Shown here in pieces: positions 10,354 to 21,351 of a stretch of DNA of 64,000 nt. The position numbers and the translations under genes were made by a program. The DNA is from an uncultured Lachnospiraceae bacterium (lineage in GTDB: Bacteria > Bacillota > Clostridia > Lachnospirales > Lachnospiraceae), in assembly GCA_902793845.1 (NCBI GenBank), contig CADBFE010000001.1:19221-83220 (forward strand). The letters are read 5' to 3'. Numbering within the stretch: position 1 is the first letter of the stretch; the number at the start of each line of letters is the position of its first letter. The notes beneath the pieces are model-generated. The model saw only the letters and a list, made by a program, of their open reading frames with translations. It was not told the origin of the DNA and ran no database searches.

Positions 10354-11808
10354 GTGGATAAAGGTATGGATATGAGAGCAAGATATGAGTCTATAGGACT
10401 CGTTGATTTAAAAGCAATGGCCAGAAACCGCGGTATCAAGATAGTGACCGGTATGAAGAAATCCGATGTAGTTGATGCCATGGTAGCCATGGACGATATG
10501 GAAGCAAAACAGAAAGCAGCAGAGGAAGCAGCAAAGGCTGCGGAGAAAACGGCTGAAAAGCCTGCAGAGGTAAAGGAAGTAAAGGAAGCACCAAAGACAG
10601 AAGGGACAGCTCCCGCACCTTTAGAGGGACAGGAGACCAGGATGGTGGCACCGTCGGGAGAGGAGTACAATCCTGCTCTTGATACAGGTGTTGAGTCAGG
10701 CGGTATCCTTGAGGTAATGGCCGACGGATTTGGATTTATCAGAGGTACGAATTACCTTCCCGGAGAGCGTGATATATATATATCCCCCGGCCAGATCAGG
10801 AGATTCGGACTCCGCACGGGAGATATGTTAAAGGGTCATCTTAAGGTAAAGGCTGCCACTGAAAAGTTTCAGGCAATGCTTTATCTGACCAGTTTAAACG
10901 GTATGCCTGTAGATCAGGCTACAAAGAGATACCAGTTTGAAAACATGACGCCTATATTCCCTAATGAGAGAATTAAGCTGGCAGTACCCGGCGCACCTGT
11001 ATCAATGCGTATCATGGATCTCTTATCTCCTGTAGGTAAAGGACAGCGTGGTATGATCGTATCACCGCCGAAAGCCGGTAAGACCACACTCCTTAAGAGC
11101 GTAGCCAAGTCAGTTCAGGTATCAAATCCCAACATGCATATGATCATCCTCCTTATCGACGAGCGTCCCGAGGAGGTTACAGATATTAAAGAAGAGGTAA
11201 TGGGCAAGAATGTTGAGGTTATCTACTCTACATTTGATGAGACTCCCGAGCATCATAAGCGTGTATCGGAGATGGTAATCGAGAGAGCGAGAAGACTTGT
11301 TGAGTATAAAAAAGATGTCATAATACTTCTTGACTCAATTACAAGACTTACCAGAGCATATAACCAGGTAATACCCCCTTCAGGCAGGACACTTTCTGGA
11401 GGTCTCGATCCTGCAGCTCTCCATATGCCAAAGAGATTCTTTGGTGCAGCCAGAAATATGAGAGAGGGAGGTTCATTAACGATCCTCGCAACAGCTCTCG
11501 TAGAGACAGGCTCCAAGATGGATGATGTGGTATACGAGGAGTTCAAGGGTACAGGTAACATGGAGATGGTACTCGACCGCAAGCTCTCTGAGAGAAGAGT
11601 ATTCCCTGCGATAGATATCGCAAAGTCCGGTACCAGAAGAGATGACCTGCTCCTGACACAGGATGAACTCGGCGTAATCAATAATATCCGCCGTGCATTT
11701 AACGATATGACAAATAATGATGCGGTTGATAAGGTACTCGATCTGTTCTCTAAGACCAAGACCAGTGAAGAGTTTATCAGAATGGCTGAAAAGATGAGGT
11801 TTTATTAA
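10354..11808 (+). CDS. rho: Transcription termination factor Rho
   Basis: GFGFIRG, GKGQRGMIVSPPKAGKTT, LIDERPEEVTD, FKGTGNME. Confidence 0.97.
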   Translation: MDKGMDMRARYESIGLVDLKAMARNRGIKIVTGMKKSDVVDAMVAMDDMEAKQKAAEEAAKAAEKTAEKPAEVKEVKEAPKTEGTAPAPLEGQETRMVAPSGEEYNPALDTGVESGGILEVMADGFGFIRGTNYLPGERDIYISPGQIRRFGLRTGDMLKGHLKVKAATEKFQAMLYLTSLNGMPVDQATKRYQFENMTPIFPNERIKLAVPGAPVSMRIMDLLSPVGKGQRGMIVSPPKAGKTTLLKSVAKSVQVSNPNMHMIILLIDERPEEVTDIKEEVMGKNVEVIYSTFDETPEHHKRVSEMVIERARRLVEYKKDVIILLDSITRLTRAYNQVIPPSGRTLSGGLDPAALHMPKRFFGAARNMREGGSLTILATALVETGSKMDDVVYEEFKGTGNMEMVLDRKLSERRVFPAIDIAKSGTRRDDLLLTQDELGVINNIRRAFNDMTNNDAVDKVLDLFSKTKTSEEFIRMAEKMRFY

Positions 11809-11810
11809 AA

Positions 11811-12815
11811 ATGCATTCAGCAAAGGTTGAACTGGAACGCTGCTTCCTCTGCTCGATTGATTCGGCAAAGGCATATGTCAGCTACAATGAATATACACTT
11901 GATCCCGGCAGTGAGATGCATCAGTATATGCTGAATCTCTTTGCCAAGAATTTTGATAATATTTCAAGCAAAAAGGCTTCTTTTTCAGGAGATTCGTTTA
12001 TATCACAGATACTCCCCGAAAATGTGGAGGGTTTTGATGCATTTGTGGATGTAGTCGCAGATGAGATCCATACCCTTGTCCAGGAAGCCGTGGACCTGCC
12101 GTCAGGTTCAGGCCTCTTTCTTTGGGCAACTGTTGAGGAACAGCCGATCATAGCTTTCTTTAAGCTTAATTATCAGAATAAATTTACATGTCTTGTAAGC
12201 GATGACAGTAAAGAGGTATCGTGGGAAAAGGTCTACAGACTGCTTCCGGCATATACCCAGAATGATTATGATTATTTCTACATAAACATATTTGACAGAA
12301 AAGTATGGATGTCAGATACAGTCTGCCATATCGAACTTGAGTCATTTAATTATATGTCAGACAGGATACTTCATATCGAGAAGCTGGACCGCTCCGAGAA
12401 AGAGGTGGTATCGGTGATCAGGGATGCTGCTGTCAGCGCCATAGAAGAGTGCTATAAAAAAGAGGCGCCCTCAAAGGTGTTTGAATACCGCAACATCATC
12501 GCAGATGCAGCCCTTGACTACGATGTGATCAAACCGGTCGAGGTAGAAAAGAAACTGTTTGCCGATAATGAAGATGCCGCAAAGTTATACAGGCAGAAAC
12601 TTAAAGAGAGGGATATCCCTGCGGACAAGCCCCAGCCTGTCAGCAAAAAGACCCAGAGGCAGCTTCAGAAAAAGCAGAAGATAGTGACTGAAAGCGGCAT
12701 CGAGATACTGGTGCCCATCGAGTTTCTTGAAGATTCCGAAGTCTTTGAGTACAAGCAGGATGAACTCGGTCATGTATCTATCACAATAAACGATACAAAC
12801 GGAACACTTAAATAA
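11811..12815 (+). CDS. Probable nucleoid-associated protein (NA37/YejK-like)
   Basis: Length and C-terminal KIVTESGIEILVPIEFL...ITIND signature resemble Firmicutes NA37 proteins (recalled); likely co-transcribed with rho (2-nt gap). Confidence 0.6.
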   Translation: MHSAKVELERCFLCSIDSAKAYVSYNEYTLDPGSEMHQYMLNLFAKNFDNISSKKASFSGDSFISQILPENVEGFDAFVDVVADEIHTLVQEAVDLPSGSGLFLWATVEEQPIIAFFKLNYQNKFTCLVSDDSKEVSWEKVYRLLPAYTQNDYDYFYINIFDRKVWMSDTVCHIELESFNYMSDRILHIEKLDRSEKEVVSVIRDAAVSAIEECYKKEAPSKVFEYRNIIADAALDYDVIKPVEVEKKLFADNEDAAKLYRQKLKERDIPADKPQPVSKKTQRQLQKKQKIVTESGIEILVPIEFLEDSEVFEYKQDELGHVSITINDTNGTLK

Positions 12816-12853
12816 AGTTGGGTGTATATATTTGTCTGCTTTGCGCAGATATA

Positions 12854-12907
12854 AAAAAACAGGGTTCGGTGCATTGAGCTAGCTCTTAGCACCGAACCCT
12901 GTTTTTT
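12854..12907. repeat. REP-like palindrome, copy 1 (bidirectional terminator-like)
   Basis: 19-bp perfect stem AAAAAACAGGGTTCGGTGC / GCACCGAACCCTGTTTTTT with 16-nt loop, between convergent genes; inverted, diverged relative of 30135 and 33546. Confidence 0.8.
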
Positions 12908-12927
12908 ATGTCTTACCTGATCTGGAA

Positions 12928-15411
12928 TTAACCCATGACAACTTCAACTTTGTGAGTCTTGCCATCTCCGAATGCAGGTACAAGGTTGCCCTCGATTGCA
13001 TTGCCGTCTACAGTGATGCTCTTAACACCCTTGCAGATGTGGTTAGGATTTGTAACCTTGATGTCGTATGTGGCATTTCTGAACTGTCTTGTTGCATTAA
13101 GTCCGTCCCAAGCAGAAGGGATAGAAGGATCAATGCGGAGACCGTCAAAGTCTGCCTGTACACCGAGGATGTACTGAGATATAGCTACCATATTCCATGC
13201 AGCTGTACCTGTAAGCCATGAGTTCTTGCCCTGGCCAAAGTTCTTGCCTGTCTGACCGATATCAGAACCTGCATCCTTACCACCGATCATCTGACCGTAT
13301 ACATAAGGCTCTGTCTTGTGGATATCAGATGTCTCCTCTGTAAATGCAGGAGCGATTTCTGAATAGTACTTAAATGCCTGATCGCCCTGGCCTGCGTAAG
13401 CAGCTGCACAGATGATCCATGCATTGTTGTGAGTGAAGATACCTGCGTTCTCCTTGTATCCGCCGGGATATGTAGAGATCTCACCGTACTGGATGTAGTA
13501 CTTTGTAAATGCAGGGTTGTTAAGTACGAGACCAAACTTCGTATTAAGTCTCTCATCGATAGCAGCGAGAGTCTTAAGGTCTGCACCCTGATCCTTGCCG
13601 ACATCTGACATGATAGCGAATCCCTGGGGCTCGATGAAGATCTGGCCTTCCTCGCATTCTTTTGATCCCATCTTTTCGCCGTTGGCATCATATGCTCTGA
13701 GGAACCAGTCGCCGTCCCAAGCTGACTCCATGATGTTTTTCTTCATCTTGTCGATCTCAGCCTGAGCTGCAGCAGCTTCGTCATCTTTACCGAGGTGCTT
13801 TAAGATAGCTACGTAGTTAGGTCCTGTATATGTAAAGAGTGTAGCAACCATTACAGACTCAGCGATCTTTGAGTAGCCGCCTTCAGCAGCAAACTTGGGA
13901 TTGGTGTATGTCTGGAATGATTCACCGGGTGTATCTGAGTAGCATGACAGGTTGATGCAGTCGTTCCAGTCAGCACGCATTGCAAGAGGGAGACCGTGAG
14001 GTCCGAGGTTGTTTACAATGTGATAGAACGATACCTTGAGGTGATCGAGCATAGGCTGAGCGATAGACATATCATTGTCATAAGGTACCATCTCATCGAG
14101 GATAGCCCAATCGCCTGTCTCCTTGATGTAAGCTGATACAGAGAGGATGAGCCAGAGAGGATCGTCTGAGAAGTCTCCTCCGATATCGGCATTACCCTTC
14201 TTTGTAAGGGGCTGGTACTGATGGTAGCATCCACCGTCAGGGAACTGAGTAGAAGCGATGTCGATGATACGCTCCTTGGCTCTGTCGGGAATCTGGTGTA
14301 CAAATCCGAGTACATCCTGGTTGGAATCACGGAATCCCATACCACGGCCGATACCTGACTCGAAGTATGAAGCAGAACGAGAGAGGTTAAATGTAACCAT
14401 GCACTGATACTGGTTCCAGATATTAACCATACGGTTAACCTTGTCATCGGGAGTATCAACATTGAGGATACCGAGGAGCTTGTCCCAGTATGCCTTGAGC
14501 TCTGCCATACCCTGAGCAAATTTCTCAGGTGTGTTGTATTTTTCGATCATAGCCTTGGCTTTAACCTTGTTGATGGTCTTGCCGTCAGCCTCGAATTTCT
14601 GATCAACAGGCATCTCTACATAGCCGAGTACAAATACGAGTGTCTTTGTCTCGCCGGGCTTAAGTGTGATCTTCTTGAAGTGAGAAGCGATAGGAGCCCA
14701 TCCGTCTGCAAATGAGTTTGTAGCCTTGTTTGCAAGTACAGCTTCAGGATTGTTAAATCCGTTGTAGAGACCGATGAATGAATCTCTGTCTGTATCATAT
14801 CCGTCGATAGTATCGTTTACTGAGTAGAATGCAAAGTGATCACGGCGGTCTCTGTACTCTGTCTTGTGGTAAAGAACAGAACCGTCAACTTCTACACGAC
14901 CTGTTGAGAAGTTACGCTGGAAGTTGTTTGAGTCATCCTGTGCATCCCAGAGGCACCACTCTGCAAATGAGAAGAGTGAGAATGATTTCTCTGCTGATCC
15001 TTCATTTGTAAGTACTACCTGCTGAACCTCTCCGTCATAATCCTGGGGAACGAAGAATGTCACATTTACTTTAAGATCGTTTTTCTTACCGGTAATTTTT
15101 GTGTAACCCATACCGTGGCGGCACTCATACTCATCAAGCTCTGTCTTGACGGGAGACCAGCCGGGATTCCAGATGGTACCGTTATCATTGATATAGAAGT
15201 AACGACCTCCCATATCGATAGGAACATTGTTGTAACGATAACGTGTGATTCTGCGAAGGCGGGCATCTTTATAGAATGAGTAACCTCCTGCTGTGTTTGA
15301 AATCAGCGAAAAGAATCCCTGAGTTCCCAGATAGTTGATCCATGGATATGGAGTTCTGGGAGTGGTGATGACATACTCTCTGTTGGCGTCATCAAAGAAA
15401 CCGAATTTCAT
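12928..15411 (-). CDS. cbp: Cellobiose phosphorylase (GH94)
   Basis: [16 protein letters not shown]...[44 protein letters not shown]. Confidence 0.9.
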   Translation of the reverse strand: MKFGFFDDANREYVITTPRTPYPWINYLGTQGFFSLISNTAGGYSFYKDARLRRITRYRYNNVPIDMGGRYFYINDNGTIWNPGWSPVKTELDEYECRHGMGYTKITGKKNDLKVNVTFFVPQDYDGEVQQVVLTNEGSAEKSFSLFSFAEWCLWDAQDDSNNFQRNFSTGRVEVDGSVLYHKTEYRDRRDHFAFYSVNDTIDGYDTDRDSFIGLYNGFNNPEAVLANKATNSFADGWAPIASHFKKITLKPGETKTLVFVLGYVEMPVDQKFEADGKTINKVKAKAMIEKYNTPEKFAQGMAELKAYWDKLLGILNVDTPDDKVNRMVNIWNQYQCMVTFNLSRSASYFESGIGRGMGFRDSNQDVLGFVHQIPDRAKERIIDIASTQFPDGGCYHQYQPLTKKGNADIGGDFSDDPLWLILSVSAYIKETGDWAILDEMVPYDNDMSIAQPMLDHLKVSFYHIVNNLGPHGLPLAMRADWNDCINLSCYSDTPGESFQTYTNPKFAAEGGYSKIAESVMVATLFTYTGPNYVAILKHLGKDDEAAAAQAEIDKMKKNIMESAWDGDWFLRAYDANGEKMGSKECEEGQIFIEPQGFAIMSDVGKDQGADLKTLAAIDERLNTKFGLVLNNPAFTKYYIQYGEISTYPGGYKENAGIFTHNNAWIICAAAYAGQGDQAFKYYSEIAPAFTEETSDIHKTEPYVYGQMIGGKDAGSDIGQTGKNFGQGKNSWLTGTAAWNMVAISQYILGVQADFDGLRIDPSIPSAWDGLNATRQFRNATYDIKVTNPNHICKGVKSITVDGNAIEGNLVPAFGDGKTHKVEVVMG

Positions 15412-15474
15412 ACCTTACTCTCCTTTGTTTTTGTATTGATATTTGTATTTGGGCGCACGAGCCCAATTAAGAAA

Positions 15475-15503
15475 ATTATATAAAAAAAGGGTAGAAAAAT
15501 CAA
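15475..15503 (-). promoter_or_regulatory. Putative sigma70 promoter of cbp
   Basis: On the minus strand TTGATT, 17 bp, TATAAT. Confidence 0.6.
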
Positions 15504-15536
15504 TTAGATATAAAAGAACCGGGCACCGGTCGTAAA

Positions 15537-16877
15537 TCAGATAATTCTCCGTACCGTAATGATGCTTGTATAGGTGGCACTGCCGACTTTGATACCGCCC
15601 GAGGGAGTACTTGCGTGGACTATCTGACCGTTGCCGATATATATGGCCACATGACCTGAGTAGCATATGATGTCTCCGGGCTGGGCATCTGCATAGGATA
15701 CTTCAGTACCGATAAATCTCTGATCATACGAAGTCCTCGGAAGTGAATATCCGAATATTGAATATATCGTCATGGTAAATCCCGAGCAGTCAGAACCGTC
15801 AGTAAGACTTGTGCCTCCGGCCCGGTAGGGATTACCTATAAACTGGCATGCGTATACGGCAATCTGTTTTCCAAGGTCACTGCCGTTTGCTCCGTAAATA
15901 GGGGATACGTCGTAGGTTGCACCTTTAGTCGTTGTGATCGTAGACGAACCGCTGCTTGGGACAGACGGAGCGGTGGAGCCGGAATCGTTATTACCTGAAT
16001 CAGATGAGTCCGTATTGTCATCATCGCTTACGTTAGAATCAGTATCCTGAGTGTCTCCTGCGTCAGCCACGAGATCTGATGATACAGTAGTATCGGTATC
16101 ATCAGGTTCATTATTTTGCGCTGCCTGAGCCGCAGCTGCCTGAGCCGCAGCCTGGGCCGCAGCAGCTTTCTGGGCCTCAATCATTGAGGCATAAGCCGCA
16201 GCCCGTGCTTTTGCATTGGCAATCTGGATTTCATAATTGTCTGATATTTCTTTTAGCTCCTCTATGGAGGCCTCGAGCTCTGACGACTGGGTTTCGTAGT
16301 CGGCCATCATTTTTTCGAGATCTGCCTTTTCGGCTTCAAGGTATGATTTGAGCTCAGTCACCTCAGCTACCGTACTTTGGTACTCAGAGAGCATATTTCT
16401 GTCATATTCATATAAATCCTTATAATAATCGGATAAAGTAACTGCCTCGGCAAAGCTTCCTGTCTTTATATAAATGGAGATGAGACTGGTGTCGCCGGCT
16501 TCATATAAATATTTAATACGTACAAGCATGGCTGCGTACTGTTCTTCCTCAAGGGCAGTAGCTTTAGCCAGGTCATCTGTCGCTGTTTCAATCTCTTCAT
16601 TAACTCTGTCAATATCGGCACTTAAAACTTCCTGCTCAGCCATTAACTGAACAAGCATGTCTGTCTTGTCCTCAATCTGGGCATCTACATCCTCCTGCTC
16701 GGCAGTCAGCGAGAGCACGTCTGTATCATAGGGATTGTCATCATCATATAGTACAGTCGGGGTATCAATAACAACCGGAGCCGGATAAGCCAGAGAATAT
16801 ATATTTGTTGCAATGCCTGCCACTACAGGGCATACAGCGCATATCATTATTTTTTTGATCAGATTTTTTTCTTTCAT
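15537..16877 (-). CDS. Secreted coiled-coil NlpC/P60 peptidoglycan endopeptidase (CwlO/PcsB-like)
   Basis: N-terminal hydrophobic segment, coiled coil, Ala/Gln and Ser/Asp linker, C-terminal DCSGF...GHVAIYIGNGQIVHAS. Confidence 0.9.
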   Translation of the reverse strand: MKEKNLIKKIMICAVCPVVAGIATNIYSLAYPAPVVIDTPTVLYDDDNPYDTDVLSLTAEQEDVDAQIEDKTDMLVQLMAEQEVLSADIDRVNEEIETATDDLAKATALEEEQYAAMLVRIKYLYEAGDTSLISIYIKTGSFAEAVTLSDYYKDLYEYDRNMLSEYQSTVAEVTELKSYLEAEKADLEKMMADYETQSSELEASIEELKEISDNYEIQIANAKARAAAYASMIEAQKAAAAQAAAQAAAAQAAQNNEPDDTDTTVSSDLVADAGDTQDTDSNVSDDDNTDSSDSGNNDSGSTAPSVPSSGSSTITTTKGATYDVSPIYGANGSDLGKQIAVYACQFIGNPYRAGGTSLTDGSDCSGFTMTIYSIFGYSLPRTSYDQRFIGTEVSYADAQPGDIICYSGHVAIYIGNGQIVHASTPSGGIKVGSATYTSIITVRRII

Positions 16878-16898
16878 AACTTCTATATTTTACCACAG

Positions 16899-16938
16899 TG
16901 GTGACAGGCACCGTTAACAAATTGTGAACAAATGTAAG
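16899..16938 (+). repeat. 40-bp direct repeat, left copy
   Basis: TGGTGACAGGCACCGTTAACAAATTGTGAACAAATGTAAG; 37/40 identical to 17499-17538. Confidence 0.9.
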
Positions 16939-17015
16939 CATATGCATTTACAGATTATGATAGAATATCCATGAATTATTTATTATTATATACGTATGAT
17001 TAAAGGATATAAATT

Positions 17016-17495
17016 ATGAAAGCAAATGATAAAACAAATGTAATGAGAATACTTGACAGCAAAAAGATCGCCTATGAGGTTCACACATACGATGCTGATC
17101 CTGCCCTAACAGGTGAAGATATTGCAAAGATTCTCGGCGAAGATCCGGATAAGGTTTTCAAGACCCTCGTCACAACAGGGAAGACGGGAGCATATTATGT
17201 ATTTGTGGTACCTGTGCCGGGAGAACTTAATCTTAAGAAAGCTGCAAAGGCTGCGGGAGAGAAATCGATAGCAATGATAAAGCAGAAAGATTTGCTGCCC
17301 CTTACGGGATATGTTCACGGAGGATGCTCACCTGTCGGGATGAAGAAGCAGTTTAAGACATTTATCCATGAGACAGCCTGCGGGTATGATAAGATATTCG
17401 TAAGCGGAGGAAGAGTGGGTGCTCAGATAGAGGTTGAGGCTGACAAACTTATTTCATTAGTCGGATGCATACCGGCTGATATAATCGGAGAATAA
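17016..17495 (+). CDS. ybaK: Cys-tRNA(Pro) deacylase YbaK/EbsC
   Basis: KTNVMRILD, VFKTLV, TGYVHGGCSPVGMKK, SGGRVG. Confidence 0.93.
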   Translation: MKANDKTNVMRILDSKKIAYEVHTYDADPALTGEDIAKILGEDPDKVFKTLVTTGKTGAYYVFVVPVPGELNLKKAAKAAGEKSIAMIKQKDLLPLTGYVHGGCSPVGMKKQFKTFIHETACGYDKIFVSGGRVGAQIEVEADKLISLVGCIPADIIGE

Positions 17496-17498
17496 GGA

Positions 17499-17538
17499 TG
17501 GTGACAGGCACCGTTGACAAATTGAGAACAAATGCAAG
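17499..17538 (+). repeat. 40-bp direct repeat, right copy
   Basis: TGGTGACAGGCACCGTTGACAAATTGAGAACAAATGCAAG, 600 bp after the left copy. Confidence 0.9.
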
Positions 17539-17566
17539 GATGTCATTTCGGTGGCGTCCTTTTTTT
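17537..17566 (+). terminator. Intrinsic terminator after ybaK
   Basis: AAGGATGTCAT/GTGGCGTCCTT stem (with G-U pairs) followed by a T run. Confidence 0.65.
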
Positions 17567-17612
17567 GATATAATTGCCGTAGTTTATTAAAAAGGGGAAA
17601 GGAGATTCATGT

Positions 17613-19190
17613 ATGTACAGCGAATCAAAAGTATTTATAGGAAAAAACGATAAAGGTGAGAGAGTAAATCTCATTCCAAAGATGGCAAACAGGCACGGAA
17701 TAGTCGCAGGTGCTACGGGAACCGGTAAGACAGTCACTCTTAAGGTATTGGCAGAGAGCTTTTCAGACATGGGCGTACCTGTATTTATGGCTGATGTAAA
17801 GGGCGATATAGCAGGTCTTGCATGTCCCGGAGAAGACAGCGAGGATATGAAAGCCCGTATCAGCAGATTCGGACTAGAGGAAGCAGGCTTTAAATATGAC
17901 AAATATCCTGTGACACTTTGGGATATATACGGAGAAAAAGGCGTAACTTTAAGAACTACAATATCTGAGATAGGCCCCTTGCTTTTATCAAGACTGATGG
18001 AACTTAATACGACCCAGTCAGACATATTAAACATTGTATTTAAGATTGCTGACGATAACGGTCTTCTATTAATAGATACAAAAGACCTTAAGTCAATGCT
18101 TAACTATGTATCAGAAAATAACAAAGAACTTGAAGCAGACTACGGCAAGATGAGTCCCCAGTCAATTGCAGCAATCGTCAGAGCGGTAGTAGCTCTCGAG
18201 CTTGCAGGTGGAGATAAATTCTTTGGTGAGCCTGCCATTAACATAATGGACTTCTTCACAGTTGGTGAGGGTGGCAAGGGTATGATAAATATCCTCGACA
18301 GTTCCGTGCTCATCAATAATACAAAACTTTACTCAACATTCCTTTTATATCTCTTATCGGAACTGTTTGAGAGACTGCCTGAAGTAGGAGACCTTGAGAA
18401 GCCCAAGGTGATATTTTTCTTTGATGAGGCACATCTATTATTTAAGGATGCTCCAAAGGCATTGACGGAAAAGATAGAGCAGGTTGTAAAGCTCATCAGA
18501 TCAAAAGGCGTAGGTGTATACTTCTGCACCCAGAATCCAAAGGATATACCTGACGGAGTACTTGCCCAGCTTGGTAACAAGATACAGCATGCGCTTCATG
18601 CATACACACCTGCTGATCAGAAGGGTGTAAAGGCTGCTGCCCAGTCATTCAGGGAGAATCCTGCCTTTGATACATATGAGACGATCATGGCTCTTGGAAC
18701 AGGTGAGGCAGTCGTTTCATGTCTTGATGAAAACGGTATGCCGATGATTGCAGAGAAGACATTTATCCTGCCTCCTGCATCAAAGTTTGGGGCCCTGGAT
18801 GAGTCAAGACGTAATGAAGTCGTAAAGGGCAGCCTGTATTACGGAAAATATTTTGAAGCAACCGACCCTGAGTCTGCATACGAGATACTCCTCCGTAAAG
18901 GCGCTGAGGAAGAGGAAGCAAAGAGGCTACTTAAAGAAGAAGAGGCTGCATTAAAACAGCAGGAAAAGGAAGCCAAAGCAAAAGCCAAGGAAGAAGAAAA
19001 GGCCAAGAAAAAGGCAGAGGCCGAGAAAAATAAAGTCGCAAAATCCGTAGGCAATACGGTGTCAGGCACGGTGGGACGTGAAATAGGAAAAAATGTGGGC
19101 AGCAGCTTCGGAAAGTTTGGCAAGACCCTTGGAGGAAATGTAGGCGCATCTTTAGGCAGAGGCATTTTCTCTACATTATTTAAGAAATAG
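17613..19190 (+). CDS. HerA-like ATPase, DUF853/YjgR family
   Basis: NRHGIVAGATGTGKTVTLK, ADVKGD, FFFDEAHLLF, IRSKGVG, TQNP, LGNKIQHAL. Confidence 0.88.
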   Translation: MYSESKVFIGKNDKGERVNLIPKMANRHGIVAGATGTGKTVTLKVLAESFSDMGVPVFMADVKGDIAGLACPGEDSEDMKARISRFGLEEAGFKYDKYPVTLWDIYGEKGVTLRTTISEIGPLLLSRLMELNTTQSDILNIVFKIADDNGLLLIDTKDLKSMLNYVSENNKELEADYGKMSPQSIAAIVRAVVALELAGGDKFFGEPAINIMDFFTVGEGGKGMINILDSSVLINNTKLYSTFLLYLLSELFERLPEVGDLEKPKVIFFFDEAHLLFKDAPKALTEKIEQVVKLIRSKGVGVYFCTQNPKDIPDGVLAQLGNKIQHALHAYTPADQKGVKAAAQSFRENPAFDTYETIMALGTGEAVVSCLDENGMPMIAEKTFILPPASKFGALDESRRNEVVKGSLYYGKYFEATDPESAYEILLRKGAEEEEAKRLLKEEEAALKQQEKEAKAKAKEEEKAKKKAEAEKNKVAKSVGNTVSGTVGREIGKNVGSSFGKFGKTLGGNVGASLGRGIFSTLFKK

Positions 19191-19203
19191 AAAAAGAGTA
19201 TTT

Positions 19204-20361
19204 ATGAGAAAATATGAGTTTATAGTCCCGTGTCATTTCGGACTGGAGGCTGTATTAAAAAGAGAAATAATCGATCTTGGATATGATGTCACTTCAGTTG
19301 AGGATGGCAGAGTCACCTTTTTCGGTGATGAGGAAGCACTGGCCAGAGCCAATATCGGCCTCAGGACAGCAGAGCGTATACTGATAAAGCTCGGCACCTT
19401 TAAGGCAGAGACTTTTGAGGAACTGTTTCAGGGTACAAAAGCCCTGCCGCTTGATGAATATATCCCAAAGAACGGCAGGTTCTGGGTGACAAAAGCATCA
19501 AGTGTAAAGAGTAAACTCTTTTCACCATCTGACATCCAGTCAATCATGAAAAAAGCCATGGTTGAGTGCATGAAAGAAAAGTATCATATCGAGTGGTTCC
19601 CGGAGGACGGGGACGATTATCCCATCCGTGTATTTATAATGAAAGACATGGTCACGGTAGGGCTGGATACATCCGGGGACTCCCTTCATAAAAGAGGATA
19701 CAGAAAGCTGACTGCAAAAGCTCCTATAGCGGAAAATCTCGCATCGGCCCTCCTTATGCTGACTCCGTGGAATAAAGACAGGATACTCATTGACCCGTTT
19801 TGCGGCAGCGGTACCTTTTGTATAGAAGCAGCCATGATGGCCTGCAATATGGCACCGGGTATGAACAGACAGTTTCCTGCATCAAAGTGGTCTCATATAG
19901 CTGCGAAATCTGTATGGGATGATGCTTATGAGGAAGCAAAAGAAGATGTGGATATGCCACAGTCATTAAATATACAGGGATATGACCTTGATCCAAAGAT
20001 GGTTAAGATCGCAAGGGAAAATGCAAAGCTTGCGGGAGTTGATCATCTCATCCATTTCCAGGAGCGGGATATAAAAGATCTGGCGAGTCCAAAGAAATAC
20101 GGATTTATCGTAACCAATCCTCCGTACGGAGAGCGTCTTGAGGAAAAGGAGGCCCTCCCGGAGCTATACAGTACTATCGGAGAGCGGTTTAAAAATATGG
20201 ATACATGGTCCATGTATCTCATCAGTTCTTATCAGGACTGCGAAAAATATATCGGCAGAAAAGCCGACAAAAACAGAAAAATATATAACGGCATGTTAAA
20301 GACCTATTTCTATCAGTTTATGGGTCCCAAGCCGCCAAAAGGAGACAGGAAAGATGTCTGA
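19204..20361 (+). CDS. THUMP-domain 23S rRNA methyltransferase (RlmL/YpsC-like)
   Basis: SLHKRGYR, DPFCGSGT, NPPYGERL. Confidence 0.9.
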   Translation: MRKYEFIVPCHFGLEAVLKREIIDLGYDVTSVEDGRVTFFGDEEALARANIGLRTAERILIKLGTFKAETFEELFQGTKALPLDEYIPKNGRFWVTKASSVKSKLFSPSDIQSIMKKAMVECMKEKYHIEWFPEDGDDYPIRVFIMKDMVTVGLDTSGDSLHKRGYRKLTAKAPIAENLASALLMLTPWNKDRILIDPFCGSGTFCIEAAMMACNMAPGMNRQFPASKWSHIAAKSVWDDAYEEAKEDVDMPQSLNIQGYDLDPKMVKIARENAKLAGVDHLIHFQERDIKDLASPKKYGFIVTNPPYGERLEEKEALPELYSTIGERFKNMDTWSMYLISSYQDCEKYIGRKADKNRKIYNGMLKTYFYQFMGPKPPKGDRKDV

Positions 20362-20971
20362 AATTAAATACATAATATTTGCCACATCAAATAAAGATAA
20401 GGTAAGAGAAATCACCGAGATGACCACAGGCAGAGACGTAAAGGTGCTGACCATTAATGATATCGGATTTAACGATGATGTGGAGGAGACAGGCACCACC
20501 TTTGAGGAGAATGCGCATATCAAAGCAAAGGCTGTTTATGATTATGTAAGATCATCCGGTAAATATGAAGACTATGCAGTCCTCGCTGACGATTCCGGAC
20601 TTGAGATAGACTATTATGACGGAGCACCCGGAGTATACAGTCACAGATGGCTCGGAGAGCGGACATATCCGGAGGCGATGACCGATGTGATGAATGATAT
20701 GAAAGATGTCCCTGATGAAAAGCGTACTGCCAGATTTGTCTGCGCCATGTCGGCAATACTGTCTGACGGCAGCGAGAAAGCATCAAAAGGTATATGCGCA
20801 GGTCGCGTGGCATACAAGATGGCCGGAGAAAACGGATTCGGATATGATCCATTCTTTTATATGGAAGAATACGGATGTACCACAGCCCAGATGACACCGG
20901 AGCAGAAAAACAGTGTAAGCCACAGAGGACAGGCACTTCGGGCCATTCTGTCACAGCTTGAAATATTATAG
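20354..20971 (+). CDS. rdgB: Non-canonical purine NTP pyrophosphatase (RdgB/HAM1)
   Basis: FATSNKDK, ADDSGL, GFGYDPFF, KNSVSHRGQAL. Confidence 0.94.
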   Translation: MSEIKYIIFATSNKDKVREITEMTTGRDVKVLTINDIGFNDDVEETGTTFEENAHIKAKAVYDYVRSSGKYEDYAVLADDSGLEIDYYDGAPGVYSHRWLGERTYPEAMTDVMNDMKDVPDEKRTARFVCAMSAILSDGSEKASKGICAGRVAYKMAGENGFGYDPFFYMEEYGCTTAQMTPEQKNSVSHRGQALRAILSQLEIL

Positions 20972-21070
20972 AAAAAAGTAGTTGCAAATTAAAAACTTCT
21001 ATGCTAAACTAAAAAAGCTGTTTGAAAAGACAAGATAATAAATTATAGATATAGAGAGGTGAATTGAGAA

Positions 21071-21277
21071 ATGAGAGAAGGAATACATCCTGAGTACTAT
21101 CAGGCAACAGTAACCTGCAACTGCGGTAATACTTTCGTAACAGGTTCTACAAAGCCCGAGATACACGTTGAAGTTTGTTCAAAGTGCCATTCGTTCTACA
21201 CAGGTCAGCAGAAGTCAGCACAGGCTCGTGGACGAATCGATAAGTTCAACAAGAAGTACGGCGTAGAGAGCAAGTAA
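21071..21277 (+). CDS. rpmE: 50S ribosomal protein L31 (Zn-binding type)
   Basis: [35 protein letters not shown]. Confidence 0.97.
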   Translation: MREGIHPEYYQATVTCNCGNTFVTGSTKPEIHVEVCSKCHSFYTGQQKSAQARGRIDKFNKKYGVESK

Positions 21278-21294
21278 TTATCTTTAAGAGTTCA

Positions 21295-21333
21295 AAGGTT
21301 GAGGTAGCTGATATCTATCTCAACCTTATTTTT
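21295..21333 (+). terminator. Intrinsic terminator after rpmE
   Basis: AAGGTTGAGGTAG/CTATCTCAACCTT stem followed by ATTTTT. Confidence 0.75.
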
Positions 21334-21351
21334 CTTTTAAGGAGATAAAGC

